From an uncultured Acidobacteriota bacterium (GTDB lineage Bacteria > Acidobacteriota > Thermoanaerobaculia > Gp7-AA8): a stretch of DNA of 64,000 nucleotides. Location: positions 320,001 through 384,000 of the forward strand of contig CAVUKB010000001.1 of NCBI GenBank assembly GCA_963741955.1. The letters run 5' to 3'. This document shows positions 52,550 through 62,658 of the stretch, in pieces. Under the pieces are notes generated by a model. It ran no database searches and was not told where the DNA came from. It saw only the letters and a list, made by a program, of their open reading frames with translations. A program made the position numbers and the translations under genes. The stretch's first letter is position 1. Each line of letters begins with the position of its first letter.

Positions 52550-53683
52550 ATGGGCCTGGTCGGAACTCTCGGTACCATGTCGCCCGGCGATCTCCTGCAG
52601 TGGCTCAGCCTCGCGCAGAAGACCGGGACGCTCGTCGTGCGCTCGCGCACGGCGGAAAAGAAGGTCATCCTCCGCAATGGCCGGATCGTCTCCACCGCTT
52701 CGAACGACCCTCGCGAGTACCTCGGGCAGTTCCTGATGAGCCACGGCTACATCAGCGAGGACGAGCTGAAGAAGGCGATGGAGGTGCAGCTCGAATCCCG
52801 GATCCTTCTCGGGAAGATCCTCGCGATGATCAACGCGATCAGCGAGAAAGACCTGACCCGCCTGATGCGGCTGAAGGCGGAGGAGACGATCTACGACATC
52901 TTTCTCTGGAACGGAGGGGAGTTCGAGTTCCAGGATGACGTCCTCCCCACCATGGAGATGGTGCCGCTCGACATCGACGTCACCGGGATCGTGATGGAGG
53001 GGATGCGGCGGGTCGATGAATGGAGCCGAATCCGGGAGTTGATCCCGGACGGATCGATGATCCCGGTGCGGAGCGATTCGCTCGACCCGGACCAGCTCCG
53101 GGAGCGCGAACGGATGATCGCTCTGAGCGTCGATGGGCAACGGAGCATCGAGCAGATCGTCCTGGAGAGCCGCTCGTCGGAGTTCGTGGTCTGCAAGACG
53201 ATCTACGACCTGGTCAGCTCGGGAAAGATGGCGGTACGCGATCACGAGGAGAAGACTCCGCGTGAGCAGCTGACCGGCGAGATCTTCCTCTCGCGCGAGG
53301 CGGAGATCCGCAGCCGTCTCGACAGCGCGCAGGTGGCGCTCGGCGAGAGCCGCTACGACGAGGCTCTGCAGCATCTCCGTGCCGCGTCGAATCTCGATCC
53401 GGAGAACCAGGCGGTCCGCAACACCCTTCACGCGGTCGAAACGCGTGTCCACTTCGATCTCGAGCGGAAGGGGATCGCACTCAAGCGTACTCCCCGGATC
53501 GCGAAGGAGATCGAAGAGATCGGCGACATGAACTTCACTCCGAATGAAGGCTTCGTCCTCTCGAGGATCAACGGGATGTGGGACATCGGGTCGATCATCA
53601 AGATCAGCCCGATCCGGGAGACCGAAGCGCTGCTGATTTTCAGCAAGCTCCTCGACAAGGGGATCATCGACTTCAAGCCGTGA
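52550..53683 (+). CDS. DUF4388 (PatA-N-like) domain protein with a TPR-like segment
   Basis: GTLGTMSPGDLLQWL..KTGTL..GRIV; W.GGEFEF; EGMRRVDEW. Confidence 0.82.
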   Translation: MGLVGTLGTMSPGDLLQWLSLAQKTGTLVVRSRTAEKKVILRNGRIVSTASNDPREYLGQFLMSHGYISEDELKKAMEVQLESRILLGKILAMINAISEKDLTRLMRLKAEETIYDIFLWNGGEFEFQDDVLPTMEMVPLDIDVTGIVMEGMRRVDEWSRIRELIPDGSMIPVRSDSLDPDQLRERERMIALSVDGQRSIEQIVLESRSSEFVVCKTIYDLVSSGKMAVRDHEEKTPREQLTGEIFLSREAEIRSRLDSAQVALGESRYDEALQHLRAASNLDPENQAVRNTLHAVETRVHFDLERKGIALKRTPRIAKEIEEIGDMNFTPNEGFVLSRINGMWDIGSIIKISPIRETEALLIFSKLLDKGIIDFKP

Positions 53684-53714
53684 GCTGCGGCAAGACTCGT
53701 CACGCGTACGCATC

Positions 53715-53936
53715 GTGGCCGAACTTTCAAGGGTCCGGCGTCGCACTTCGAGCGGTTCGTTTGCCGACGCGCGAATCGTCTTCGCAGCGCAGCTCCAAAA
53801 GTTTGATTGCACGCACCGACTGGCGCGTCAGGAACGGTTCACCAAACTTTTGAAGCCCGGATGCGCGGATCGAGTTGCGGGAACCGATCGATGGCCGGTC
53901 CGAATGGCGTTCCGTGGTCCCTGAAAGTTCGGCCAC
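53715..53936. mobile_element. MITE-like inverted-repeat element (222 bp)
   Basis: Perfect 15-bp TIR GTGGCCGAACTTTCA, plus inner IR CAAAAGTTTG/CAAACTTTTG. Confidence 0.65.
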
Positions 53937-53950
53937 ACTGCGGGCCCGGC

Positions 53951-54403
53951 CTACTCCAGTCCCACCCGCGGGCGAATCCGGTTCTCCAGAGCGTTCATCT
54001 CCCCGTGGTCGGTGGCGTGGTCATAACCGAGAGCGTGGATGATTCCGTGGAGGATGAGGTAACGGACCTCGGTCGCCAGCGAATGCCGCTCCACGCGCGC
54101 CTGACGTCGTGCCTGAGGGAGCGAGATCACCACATCGCCGAGCGGCCGGCGATGGCTGCCGGGCTCGACGTCCTCATCGCCGGCGGGAAAGGTGAGCACG
54201 TCCGTGGTCTTCTTCTTTCCGCGGAAGCGTCCGTTCAGCCGCTTCATTCCGGCGTCGTCGACGAAATGAATCGAGACGTCGGTGACCGGCTCGCGTGTCG
54301 CGCGCGCCCTGCGGAGCGCGTCGAGCGCGGATTGCACGAAACGGGTGATCTCATTGCGCGAGAGACGCGGAACCGCAGGCCCGCTCACCACCACTTCGAT
54401 CAT
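53951..54403 (-). CDS. ybeY: rRNA maturation RNase YbeY
   Basis: [24 protein letters not shown]. Confidence 0.96.
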   Translation of the reverse strand: MIEVVVSGPAVPRLSRNEITRFVQSALDALRRARATREPVTDVSIHFVDDAGMKRLNGRFRGKKKTTDVLTFPAGDEDVEPGSHRRPLGDVVISLPQARRQARVERHSLATEVRYLILHGIIHALGYDHATDHGEMNALENRIRPRVGLE

Positions 54404-55425
54404 CCCTTCGCCGGCTCGCTGGTCTGGTCGCCGTTGGCAGGCGGCTTCCGCGTCTCGTACGCGTTCACGATGCGGCCGACGAGCGGATGCCGGACGACGT
54501 CCCGCTCGGTGAAGTTGAAGAAGCGGATCCCTTCGATTCCGCGAAGGATCTCCGATGCTTCGCGAAGGCCCGATTTCTTTCCTTCCGGAAGGTCGACCTG
54601 GGTGACGTCGCCGGTGACCACCACTTTGGAGCCGAAGCCCATCCGGGTGAGGAACATCTTCATCTGCTCGGTGGTCGTGTTCTGCGCCTCGTCGAGGATG
54701 ACGAATGCTTCGCTCAGCGTGCGGCCGCGCATGAATGCGAGCGGCGCGACTTCGATCACGCTCCGCTCCATCATTTTCGCCACCTTCTCGAAACCGATCA
54801 GATCGTAGAGCGAATCGTAGAGCGGACGCAGGTACGGGTTGACTTTCTCCGCGAGATCGCCCGGAAGGAAGCCGAGCTTCTCGCCCGCTTCGACTGCCGG
54901 GCGGCAGAGAACGATCCGTTTGATGCTGCGGTCAGCGAGTGCAGAGGCGGCCGCTGCGACGGCGAGGAACGTCTTCCCCGTTCCGGCGGGACCGATGGAG
55001 AAGATCATGTCGTTCTGCTGCATGGCCTGAAGATAGAGTTTCTGTGCGAGGTTCCGCGGCGTGACGATCCGCCGGAGCGAAGACTGCAGCGTCTCGTCGG
55101 TGAAGAAGTCGACGATGCTGAGGTTCGGATCTTCCCGGAGCACCCGCGCGCCGGTCGCGACGTCGACGCGTGAGATCGGATATCCGCGCTCGATCAGCGA
55201 CTGGATGTCGGAGAGGAGCCTTTCGGCGAGTGCGGCACTCTCGGGATCTCCCTGGATGAAGAGCTCGTTGCCACGGGCCGAGATCTTCACCCGGAATGCA
55301 TCCTCGATCAGCCTCAGATTCTCGTCGTGAACCCCGAAGAGGTTCGTCACTCCGGCGTCGGTCAGGATCAGGTTCATCGTCGTTCTCGTCTCTGCGGATG
55401 CGCTTGGTGCCGCTGCACTCGACAT
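54400..55425 (-). CDS. phoH: PhoH-family ATPase (YbeZ-like)
   Basis: [26 protein letters not shown]; start uncertain. Confidence 0.93.
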   Translation of the reverse strand: MSSAAAPSASAETRTTMNLILTDAGVTNLFGVHDENLRLIEDAFRVKISARGNELFIQGDPESAALAERLLSDIQSLIERGYPISRVDVATGARVLREDPNLSIVDFFTDETLQSSLRRIVTPRNLAQKLYLQAMQQNDMIFSIGPAGTGKTFLAVAAAASALADRSIKRIVLCRPAVEAGEKLGFLPGDLAEKVNPYLRPLYDSLYDLIGFEKVAKMMERSVIEVAPLAFMRGRTLSEAFVILDEAQNTTTEQMKMFLTRMGFGSKVVVTGDVTQVDLPEGKKSGLREASEILRGIEGIRFFNFTERDVVRHPLVGRIVNAYETRKPPANGDQTSEPAKG

Positions 55426-55432
55426 AGGCTCA

Positions 55433-56005
55433 TCACTCCGGTAACTCGTCATCGGGCCGGTCGATCCGGTCCAGTATCGTCATCGCAACACTGCCATAGC
55501 GAACGGTCTTCCTCAGCGTCAGCCTCTGCAGGCCCGAAGGATCGAACGGCACCCGGTCGGAGCCGTGCTCGATCACTGCGGTTGCACCGGACGAGAGTGC
55601 AATCCGGGTGTCAACTGCTCCGAGCAGTTCCTGGTAGCGGGGATAGGAGTAGGGCGGATCGGCGAAAACGAGGTCGAACGTCAGCTCCGGAGGAATGCGC
55701 CGGAGTCCCTGGACCGCGTCTGCGGCGATGGTGTGGATGGGAAGCTCCCATTCGCGGCTGATCGACTCCACCCGTGTCATCGAACGCTTCGATTGATCGA
55801 TGGCGACCGCCGAGCGAGCGCCGCGGGAGATTGCCTCGAATGAGAAGATGCCGCTGCCGGAGAAGAGATCGAGGAAATCCGCTCCTCCGATCTGCGAAGA
55901 GACGATGTCGAAGTAGGCCTCGCGCGCGCGCTCGGAAGTGGGCCGGAGCTCGTGTCCCGGCAGGGGCACTTTGCGGCCACGGAGCGTTCCTCCCGTGATT
56001 CTCAG
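55433..56005 (-). CDS. rsmD: 16S rRNA m2G966 methyltransferase
   Basis: RITGGTLRGR, RPTSERARE, DLFSGSG, DPPY. Confidence 0.9.
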   Translation of the reverse strand: MRITGGTLRGRKVPLPGHELRPTSERAREAYFDIVSSQIGGADFLDLFSGSGIFSFEAISRGARSAVAIDQSKRSMTRVESISREWELPIHTIAADAVQGLRRIPPELTFDLVFADPPYSYPRYQELLGAVDTRIALSSGATAVIEHGSDRVPFDPSGLQRLTLRKTVRYGSVAMTILDRIDRPDDELPE

Positions 56006-56814
56006 TCCCGGTTTGGCGATCGGTCGTCTCCCAGAGCGGCGATGAAGTGCGTGTAGAGATCCTTGACGGAGAAATAGACTTTCGTCGGTTCGTGGACGCA
56101 TGTGAGCTCGACCACTTTTCCCTGATCGAGAATCCTGGTCACGCGATAAAGCTTCTGGTCGTCGGAGATCAGGCGGTCGCCCAGGCTCGGGACGTACCCG
56201 GTGATCGGATTCGTGACCTCCCGGTCTATGGCCATGGCGCGGATCAGGTCCTGCAGGACGGCACGCATCCGATCCAGACGAAGAGGAAGGATGACTCTCG
56301 TCCCGAACCGCCGCTCCACCGCTTTGCCGTCATTGGTGATCCGGATGGACGCATAGTCCGTTCGCGTCGGTGATCCGGGAAGCTCCGGAGGGAGGGCGTC
56401 GAGCGTGGCCGCAGAGAAGTTCTGGTGGTACGACTTCATCGCGTCGTCGGGAAGGATCATCCGCTTCCGGATGGTCGCGCCGGCTCCTTTGAGGTGGAGC
56501 ACTGCGAGCCCATTCTGGAAAATGGAGATGCGCTCTTCCATCGCACCGGTGACGGAGACGAAATCGATGAACGGTTCGGGGAGCTTGCCGTCCACCAGCT
56601 GCGAGCCGATTGCCTGCCGCGCCCCGACGAGCTCCGGGACCTCGAAGCGCGTGACGTCGACCTCCGAGGAGTCGGGAACCGGGACGGCGATGGCTCCGCC
56701 GATCGGGACGTTGTCGGGGAGCGTGGACGGGGGATTCGGCTCCGATTGCGCAAGGACGACCGCCGGTAGCGCAAAACAGACGAGCAACAGCCACTCGATC
56801 GCGAATCGCCTCAT
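56002..56814 (-). CDS. Hypothetical secreted protein
   Basis: Signal peptide MRRFAIEWLLLVCFALPAVVLA-Q; stop overlaps the rsmD start. Confidence 0.75.
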   Translation of the reverse strand: MRRFAIEWLLLVCFALPAVVLAQSEPNPPSTLPDNVPIGGAIAVPVPDSSEVDVTRFEVPELVGARQAIGSQLVDGKLPEPFIDFVSVTGAMEERISIFQNGLAVLHLKGAGATIRKRMILPDDAMKSYHQNFSAATLDALPPELPGSPTRTDYASIRITNDGKAVERRFGTRVILPLRLDRMRAVLQDLIRAMAIDREVTNPITGYVPSLGDRLISDDQKLYRVTRILDQGKVVELTCVHEPTKVYFSVKDLYTHFIAALGDDRSPNRD

Positions 56815-56821
56815 CGTCTCG

Positions 56822-57003
56822 AGCCCGCATTTCTCACACCATCTCTGCTGCGGAGACGGATAGCGGCCTGTCTGCTGCGTTGCACCCCTGCTTCGGCTCC
56901 TCAACATAGTCATCACTATGCCTTCGTCGCCGAAGCGGGGTGCGCCTTGCATCCAGGCTGCTCTCCGCCGCCTCGCGACGAGTTGGTGTGAGAAATGCGG
57001 GCT
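56822..57003. mobile_element. MITE-like element A (182 bp)
   Basis: Perfect 20-bp TIR AGCCCGCATTTCTCACACCA; nested internal IRs. Confidence 0.8.
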
Positions 57004-57167
57004 AGGAGTCTGCGCGATAGAAACGTCCGTAGCGAGAAAGCGGAGCGGCGAGGCCAAATTCGTTCGGATTTGAGGTGCGTAGCGGTGGCTACTCGCCGAG
57101 AATCCGGGCGGATTTGGACCGCTGATCCGCTTTCGCAGTAGGTCAGTTTCTATCGCGCAGACTCCTA
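57003..57167. mobile_element. MITE-like element B (165 bp)
   Basis: Perfect 22-bp TIR TAGGAGTCTGCGCGATAGAAAC; nested internal IRs. Confidence 0.8.
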
Positions 57168-58391
57168 ATGGCTTCTAAGATACTGCAATGCGATCGCCGA
57201 GGCAAAAGATGCGGCTTCGGCGGGGGCGAGCTCCCCTCGAAAAATCCCGGCTCTGGTCTCGTCGATCGCGTGTCCGATGTGGCGTCCCCGCTCCGGATGG
57301 ATCCCGGAGCCCGGAATCGCGCGGGCGATGCGGTCGGCGACGATGTACCTGCGAAGCATCGGAACGAAGCGATCGTCGCCGGCGATCGCGGCCGCAGCGA
57401 GAGTGAGAGTGCCGGCTGCACCGATCGCTTCCAGAGCCTGGTCGGGTGTTTCGACCTTCTCGAAGCGGTCGCGAATCGAGGATGCCGACTCGCGGAAACT
57501 CTCGATCTGCGCGATTCTGCGAAGGGTGAACGATGATCCCGAGAGATCGGGCGCTGCGGAGGAAGCCGCCGCGAGGCGGCCGAGCATCGCGACCGGAGTG
57601 TCGATCCGCCCCTCGGGTAGCCAGATCTCGAGCGAGCGCATCGCGAGGTCGAACGCGGACGAGTACTGCACGCCCGGGAAGAGGAGGTCGAGAGCTCCGC
57701 TCCCCCCCATCCGGCAGAGGACCGCGCCGGGGTGCGGTTCGGCGAAGGCGAGCATCACTTCGCGCCACAGTCGCGTCCGGGAGATGCTCCGCAGTGCTCC
57801 GGCGGAGATCGCATGCTCCATCGCGCGCCCGGTCGTCTCCTCCAGTCCGAAGCCGAGGCGGACCGCGAAACGGAGTGCGCGGAGGAGCCGGGTCGGATCG
57901 TCGAGAAAACTTCGCGGGTGGAGGATCCGGATACGCCGCTGTTCGAGATCGGCCATTCCTCCGAGTGGGTCGACGAGCTGCCCCTCGATCAATTCGATCG
58001 CGATGGCGTTGATCGAGAAATCGCGGCGGGTGAGGTCTTCGGCGATCCCTCCGGCCGTGACTTCCGGGAGCGCACCCGGGGCACGGTAGCTCTCCCGCCG
58101 GGCCGTGGCGACATCGATCAGCGGAAGACCGGCCGCTTCGATGGTGAAGGTCATGAAGCGGGGAAAACGGCGGATACGCCCGCCGAGCGCCGACGCGAAT
58201 GCGGCGGCGAACTGCTGGACGTGTGACGCATCCACGACGAAATCGAGATCTCTCACCGGTTCGCCGAGCCGGAGATCGCGCACCGGTCCTCCGACCAGCC
58301 AGACCGCTGTTCGCAGGCTGATCCCGACCTCGCGTGCGGAGAGGAGGATCGCTCGTCTCGCTGGATCGACCGCGTCGAACAGCTCCATCAT
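57165..58391 (-). CDS. Class II tRNA nucleotidyltransferase (CCA/A-adding, poly(A) polymerase family)
   Basis: VGGPVRD, DLD, DLTRRDFSINA, DDPTRLLRALRF. Confidence 0.9.
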   Translation of the reverse strand: MMELFDAVDPARRAILLSAREVGISLRTAVWLVGGPVRDLRLGEPVRDLDFVVDASHVQQFAAAFASALGGRIRRFPRFMTFTIEAAGLPLIDVATARRESYRAPGALPEVTAGGIAEDLTRRDFSINAIAIELIEGQLVDPLGGMADLEQRRIRILHPRSFLDDPTRLLRALRFAVRLGFGLEETTGRAMEHAISAGALRSISRTRLWREVMLAFAEPHPGAVLCRMGGSGALDLLFPGVQYSSAFDLAMRSLEIWLPEGRIDTPVAMLGRLAAASSAAPDLSGSSFTLRRIAQIESFRESASSIRDRFEKVETPDQALEAIGAAGTLTLAAAAIAGDDRFVPMLRRYIVADRIARAIPGSGIHPERGRHIGHAIDETRAGIFRGELAPAEAASFASAIALQYLRSH

Positions 58392-59260
58392 CGCGAGACC
58401 GCTCCATAGAGGCGCAGAAGCTCGTCGCGCCGGAGCTCCGGACGAAACCTCTCGCGCGATGCCGCAGTCACGCGGCGTCTCGGCTCGGAGATCTCGGATT
58501 TGAAGAGGGCACCGAGGATCGCGTGCGCCATTTCGTTCGGGTCGTCCGGAGGAACGAGAAAGCCGGCACGACCGCCGTCGAGACGCCATGCGTTCAGAGG
58601 AGTACGAGACGCGACGACCACACGCCGCCGGACCAGAGCTTCGGCAGTGAATCCGTCGGCATCGTCTTCGTGTGGCGTCGCGTCGATCCAGAGATCGAGC
58701 TCATCGAGGTCCTCGGGGTCGGGAGGCTCTTCGAAGAAACGCCATTCGATGTCTTCCCGAAAGCGGATCACGCGCGACGCGACTGCGGCGATCGCTTCCT
58801 TCCGCGGTCGTGGACCGGCGAAGCCGCCGATCCGCTTCGGTGCACCCTCGGGCGCGCCGGAGGATCTCGCCACGGATTCGAAAAAGCGCGGCGCGACAGC
58901 CTCCCGGACCGTTGCGAACTCCGAAGCGCCGACGCGAGCAGCGGGAAGAGGTGTGCGCCGCCAGGGGAGGAGAGAAGGAGCGGGATCAGAAGGAGCGACG
59001 TACGGCGCCCGGAGCCCTCGAAGAACGGAGGGAGTCCGTGGAACTGGTCCGTACACGTGCACCACGTCCCACCCCTCGCTCGCAGAGCGGCGGGCGAGCT
59101 CCGACGGTGGTACGGGATCTCCCTGCGGAGCGTGAAGCTCGTCGCCGCTCGCCTCCCACACTTCGACGCGATTGTCCGTGGAGAGGATATGCTGGTCGAT
59201 GCTTCGGATCTTCATATCGAAGAGCGTCGCCGTCGAAAACTGAAGCTGAATGATGTGCAT
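58388..59260 (-). CDS. Divergent GT4-like glycosyltransferase
   Basis: DVVHVYG; C-terminal AEAL..VVAS..GFLVPPDDP; ATGA overlap with the downstream gene. Confidence 0.65.
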   Translation of the reverse strand: MHIIQLQFSTATLFDMKIRSIDQHILSTDNRVEVWEASGDELHAPQGDPVPPSELARRSASEGWDVVHVYGPVPRTPSVLRGLRAPYVAPSDPAPSLLPWRRTPLPAARVGASEFATVREAVAPRFFESVARSSGAPEGAPKRIGGFAGPRPRKEAIAAVASRVIRFREDIEWRFFEEPPDPEDLDELDLWIDATPHEDDADGFTAEALVRRRVVVASRTPLNAWRLDGGRAGFLVPPDDPNEMAHAILGALFKSEISEPRRRVTAASRERFRPELRRDELLRLYGAVSR

Positions 59261-59333
59261 CGGCGCGATTCCGGCGATGAAACGAGATTTCGATGTGAAT
59301 ACTGGCAGATTCGGCGGTAAAATCGGAACCAGA

Positions 59334-60653
59334 TTGAATCAGTTCGCAAGTCCATCCGTTGCCGTGCTTTGCCGCGAGCCCGAAATGCTGGCGCGCCTCC
59401 GCGCCGAGTGTCCGGCGTTCGCCTTCGAAACGTCCGTCGACTCGCAGACACGAATCGCGATCGTCGACGACGAGCCGGGCGGAGCGATCGATCACCTTCC
59501 GGACGACGTGGTGGCGCGGATCGTACTCGTCTCCGGAGAGTGCCGTGCGTCCCGGAAATTCGGCGAGCTCCGGATCCAGCGCAGCTGGTTCGACGCCGAC
59601 CCGCGTTCGTATCTCGCTTTCGCTTCCGATCTGGTGGTCGCGACGGAACGTGCGGAGCGCCTGCAGTTCGAATTCGACTTCTTCGACGACATTCGTGATC
59701 TGGTCGCCACGAGCAACATCGAGGTGATCTTCGAGAAAGTCACCCTGACCGTTCTCGCGACCCTGCAGCTCGCGCATGGAACGCTTCTTCTCCACGATCC
59801 GCGGGTCGAGCGGTTCGCCGTCGCGTTCAGCAACGATCCGAGCCACGAGGACACCGGAGAGTTTCTTCCGGGCGTCCAGAAGGAGCTGCTGCAGCAGGCT
59901 CTCGAATCGATCCGCGGCTTCGCGGTCGAGGAGCCGGAGGGAGAAGTCCCCGGTACCATCCTGATGCCGATCCAGCTCGGTGACGACGTGATCGGAGTGA
60001 TCAAGGCGAGCGTGACGCAACTCGACCGGATCGAGTCGCGCAATGCGGTTCGCGCGCTCCGGTATCTGCAGACCGTCACCGCGATCCTCGGCAACGTCTA
60101 CCAGCTCACGCGGAACAAGGATCTCGCCATGCGCGACGATCTGACGAAGGCGTACAACCGGCGGTTCTTCGAAGCGTACCTGGACGAGGAGATGGAACGC
60201 TCCCGCCGCTATTCGACCTGTTTCTCGGTGATTTTCCTCGACCTCGACGACCTCAAGAGCGTGAACAACAAGTACGGACACCTCGCCGGATCGCGGACCC
60301 TTCAGGAAGTCGCGAAGCGGATCATGGGCGCCGTCCGCGCGATCGACAAGGTGGTGCGGTTCGGTGGCGACGAGTTCTGCATCCTCCTGCCGCAGACCGA
60401 TGCGGATCAAGCCTGGTCCGTGGCCGACCGTGTGAAGCGGGCGCTCAACCGTGCACCTTTCCAGCTCGAAGCGGACGTGGAAGTCGATGTCACCGCGAGC
60501 TTCGGAATCGCGACCTATCCGCTGCATGCATCGAGCAAAGAGGATCTGATCCGGGCGGCGGATGCGGCGATGTACCGGGTCAAACTGGCCACCAAGGACT
60601 CGATCGGAATCGCGCGATCCCGTCCGGGCGACGCCGAAAAGCGGATCGGGTGA
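59334..60653 (+). CDS. Diguanylate cyclase (GAF-like domain + GGDEF)
   Basis: DDLTKAYNRR, DLDDLKSVN, RAID I-site, RFGGDEF; start uncertain (59277, 59334 or 59385). Confidence 0.9.
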   Translation: MNQFASPSVAVLCREPEMLARLRAECPAFAFETSVDSQTRIAIVDDEPGGAIDHLPDDVVARIVLVSGECRASRKFGELRIQRSWFDADPRSYLAFASDLVVATERAERLQFEFDFFDDIRDLVATSNIEVIFEKVTLTVLATLQLAHGTLLLHDPRVERFAVAFSNDPSHEDTGEFLPGVQKELLQQALESIRGFAVEEPEGEVPGTILMPIQLGDDVIGVIKASVTQLDRIESRNAVRALRYLQTVTAILGNVYQLTRNKDLAMRDDLTKAYNRRFFEAYLDEEMERSRRYSTCFSVIFLDLDDLKSVNNKYGHLAGSRTLQEVAKRIMGAVRAIDKVVRFGGDEFCILLPQTDADQAWSVADRVKRALNRAPFQLEADVEVDVTASFGIATYPLHASSKEDLIRAADAAMYRVKLATKDSIGIARSRPGDAEKRIG

Positions 60654-60668
60654 ACGGGCGCTGAGTCG

Positions 60669-61778
60669 ATGAGCGACGAACTGACCATTCAGGGAACTCT
60701 GTCGGAGACCACAGTTCCCGACCTGATGCGATCACTGATCCGCAGCTCCGAGAGCGCGATCGTGTCGCTCGAAGCGGAAGGTCGTCACGACAACATCTAC
60801 ATCTACGAAGGAAAGATCGTGTTCGCGACGAGCTCCGATCCCGACCTCGGTCTGGCCGAGGTCCTGTTTCGGGAAGGAGAGTTGAATCTCCAGCAGTACC
60901 GCACCATCAGCGAAAAAATCGTTCCGGTCCAGGAGATCGGCTCGGCCCTTTGTGAACTCGGTTATCTCCGTCCGGAAGAGCTGATGACGGTGGTCGAAAA
61001 ACAGGTGGTCACCATCGTTCTGCGTGCGCTCGCATTCCGCGCCGGCAACTACACGCTGGAATTGCGGGAGGAGCTCCCGGACGAGATTCCGCGACTGTCG
61101 ATCCAGAGTGAGCGGCTCGTTCTGGACGGGGTGGGACGGATCGACCACTGGTCGCTGGTCTCGCGCGGAATCGGGCGGATGGAGCGATCACTGCAGCACT
61201 CCCGGCAGGCCGATCAGCGCGTCTTTCATCTCGATATGACCGAGGAAGAGACCTACATCTACTCGCAGCTCGCGGAGCCACAGACCTTTCAGGAGCTCTG
61301 CGACCGGAGTTATCTCTCTGATTTCGTGACCTGTCGCACGGCGTGGGCACTCCTCACGGCGAACCTTCTCGAAGACGCGACCGAAGAAACGGTCGACGAG
61401 CATCGAGCCGCCGCAGAAGCGGAGATGGTGCTCGAGTCGGAAGTCGAGAGATACAACGGAGCGTTTCAGTCGATCTTCGGTCTGGTCTTCCAGAAGATCG
61501 GCGATCACGTCTACGATTTCATCGACCGGGTGGTCCGGCACCTCTCGCCCGAAACGATGCCGTATCTGAGCGGAGTCAATCTGATGAATGAAGCGCGGGT
61601 CGATTTCGATCAGCTGCTGAACAATCTGATCGCTTCCGGCTCCTCGGATCGACGGGCAATCGTGGAGAGCGTCCTCAACGAGCTTCTCACCGGCTGGATC
61701 TACGAGACGCGAGCCGAGTTCGGGACGGTTCTCGAGGCCGAGATGAACGAGATCATCGAGCCACTGCGCCGCATCTGA
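60669..61778 (+). CDS. DUF4388 domain protein
   Basis: QGTLSETTVPDLM..GKIVFA; LDGVGRIDHW; similar to 52550..53683. Confidence 0.8.
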   Translation: MSDELTIQGTLSETTVPDLMRSLIRSSESAIVSLEAEGRHDNIYIYEGKIVFATSSDPDLGLAEVLFREGELNLQQYRTISEKIVPVQEIGSALCELGYLRPEELMTVVEKQVVTIVLRALAFRAGNYTLELREELPDEIPRLSIQSERLVLDGVGRIDHWSLVSRGIGRMERSLQHSRQADQRVFHLDMTEEETYIYSQLAEPQTFQELCDRSYLSDFVTCRTAWALLTANLLEDATEETVDEHRAAAEAEMVLESEVERYNGAFQSIFGLVFQKIGDHVYDFIDRVVRHLSPETMPYLSGVNLMNEARVDFDQLLNNLIASGSSDRRAIVESVLNELLTGWIYETRAEFGTVLEAEMNEIIEPLRRI

Positions 61779-61884
61779 TATCTGTGATCGGGTATCTCGA
61801 GTGCGGTGACGGCGCCGGCTTGTTGCCGCGTATCTCTCGCAGAAAGCTCAGATAATACTGAACAGATGACAGATACCGGATAAA

Positions 61885-62604
61885 ATGGCTCTCGTGCGGA
61901 ATCTGACCGGAATCGTTCTCCTTTCTGCCTTCCTCGTCGCCGGCTGTGCGACCGGAAATCTCCCGAACCGCCCGAACGAACGGGAGTGGCGGAAGATCTC
62001 CACCGAGTACGACCGCCTCGTTGCGATGCGCCGTTCGCTCCCTGAGCCGGCCAAAGAGGGTTCGCGCAAGGAACAGATCGAAGTGCTCCTTGCGAATCAC
62101 AAGAAGCTCGAGCCGCTCTGGGGGCCGTTTCTCGAAGACGTGCGCGAGTACTACGAGCGGACCGGCGACTCCCGCGCTGCGGCGCTCTACGCAGACGAAA
62201 AGGTCCGTATGGGCGACGAGTACATGGACGTGCTGGCCCGCTACGATCGCGCGATCGAATTGTACCGGAACGCTCTGGCGATCGACCCGTCCAATGAGAG
62301 AGCGAAGGAGCGGCTCGAGGTGGCCCGGTCGGAACGCTTCGTCTCGATGGACGCGTTTGCCCGGATCCGGGAAGGGATGAAAGCTGCGGACGTCCGGCAG
62401 ATCGTAGGGATGCCGCGGGAAGACTGGATCCGGCAGATCGTTCAGAATGAGCGGGTCTTTTCCGTCTGGATCTACCCGAAAGCGGACGGAGGGGCGTCGG
62501 CGATTTATTTCGAAAACGACGTCGTCTATCACACGAACTGGAATGCGGCCGCGCCGGCCGCGGCGAAGGATGATGGCGCCACGAGGGCGCCCGGTAAAGG
62601 ATAA
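61885..62604 (+). CDS. Lipoprotein with TPR and SmpA/BamE-like domain
   Basis: Lipobox LVAGC; TPR YDRAIELYRNALAIDP; IREGMKAADVRQIVGMP..WIY. Confidence 0.78.
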   Translation: MALVRNLTGIVLLSAFLVAGCATGNLPNRPNEREWRKISTEYDRLVAMRRSLPEPAKEGSRKEQIEVLLANHKKLEPLWGPFLEDVREYYERTGDSRAAALYADEKVRMGDEYMDVLARYDRAIELYRNALAIDPSNERAKERLEVARSERFVSMDAFARIREGMKAADVRQIVGMPREDWIRQIVQNERVFSVWIYPKADGGASAIYFENDVVYHTNWNAAAPAAAKDDGATRAPGKG

Positions 62605-62658
62605 TGAATCTCGCCGTGACCCCGATGCGGGTGCGGCCGGATGTGAGGGAGGGTGAAG

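Noticed and set aside
56815-57057. N-terminal extension of the 351-aa ORF
   Set aside because: It reads through the MITE-like elements; the signal peptide starts at 56814.
61776-61882. Weak 7-nt periodicity (aacagat gacagat accggat)
   Set aside because: Only about three degenerate units, too weak to call.
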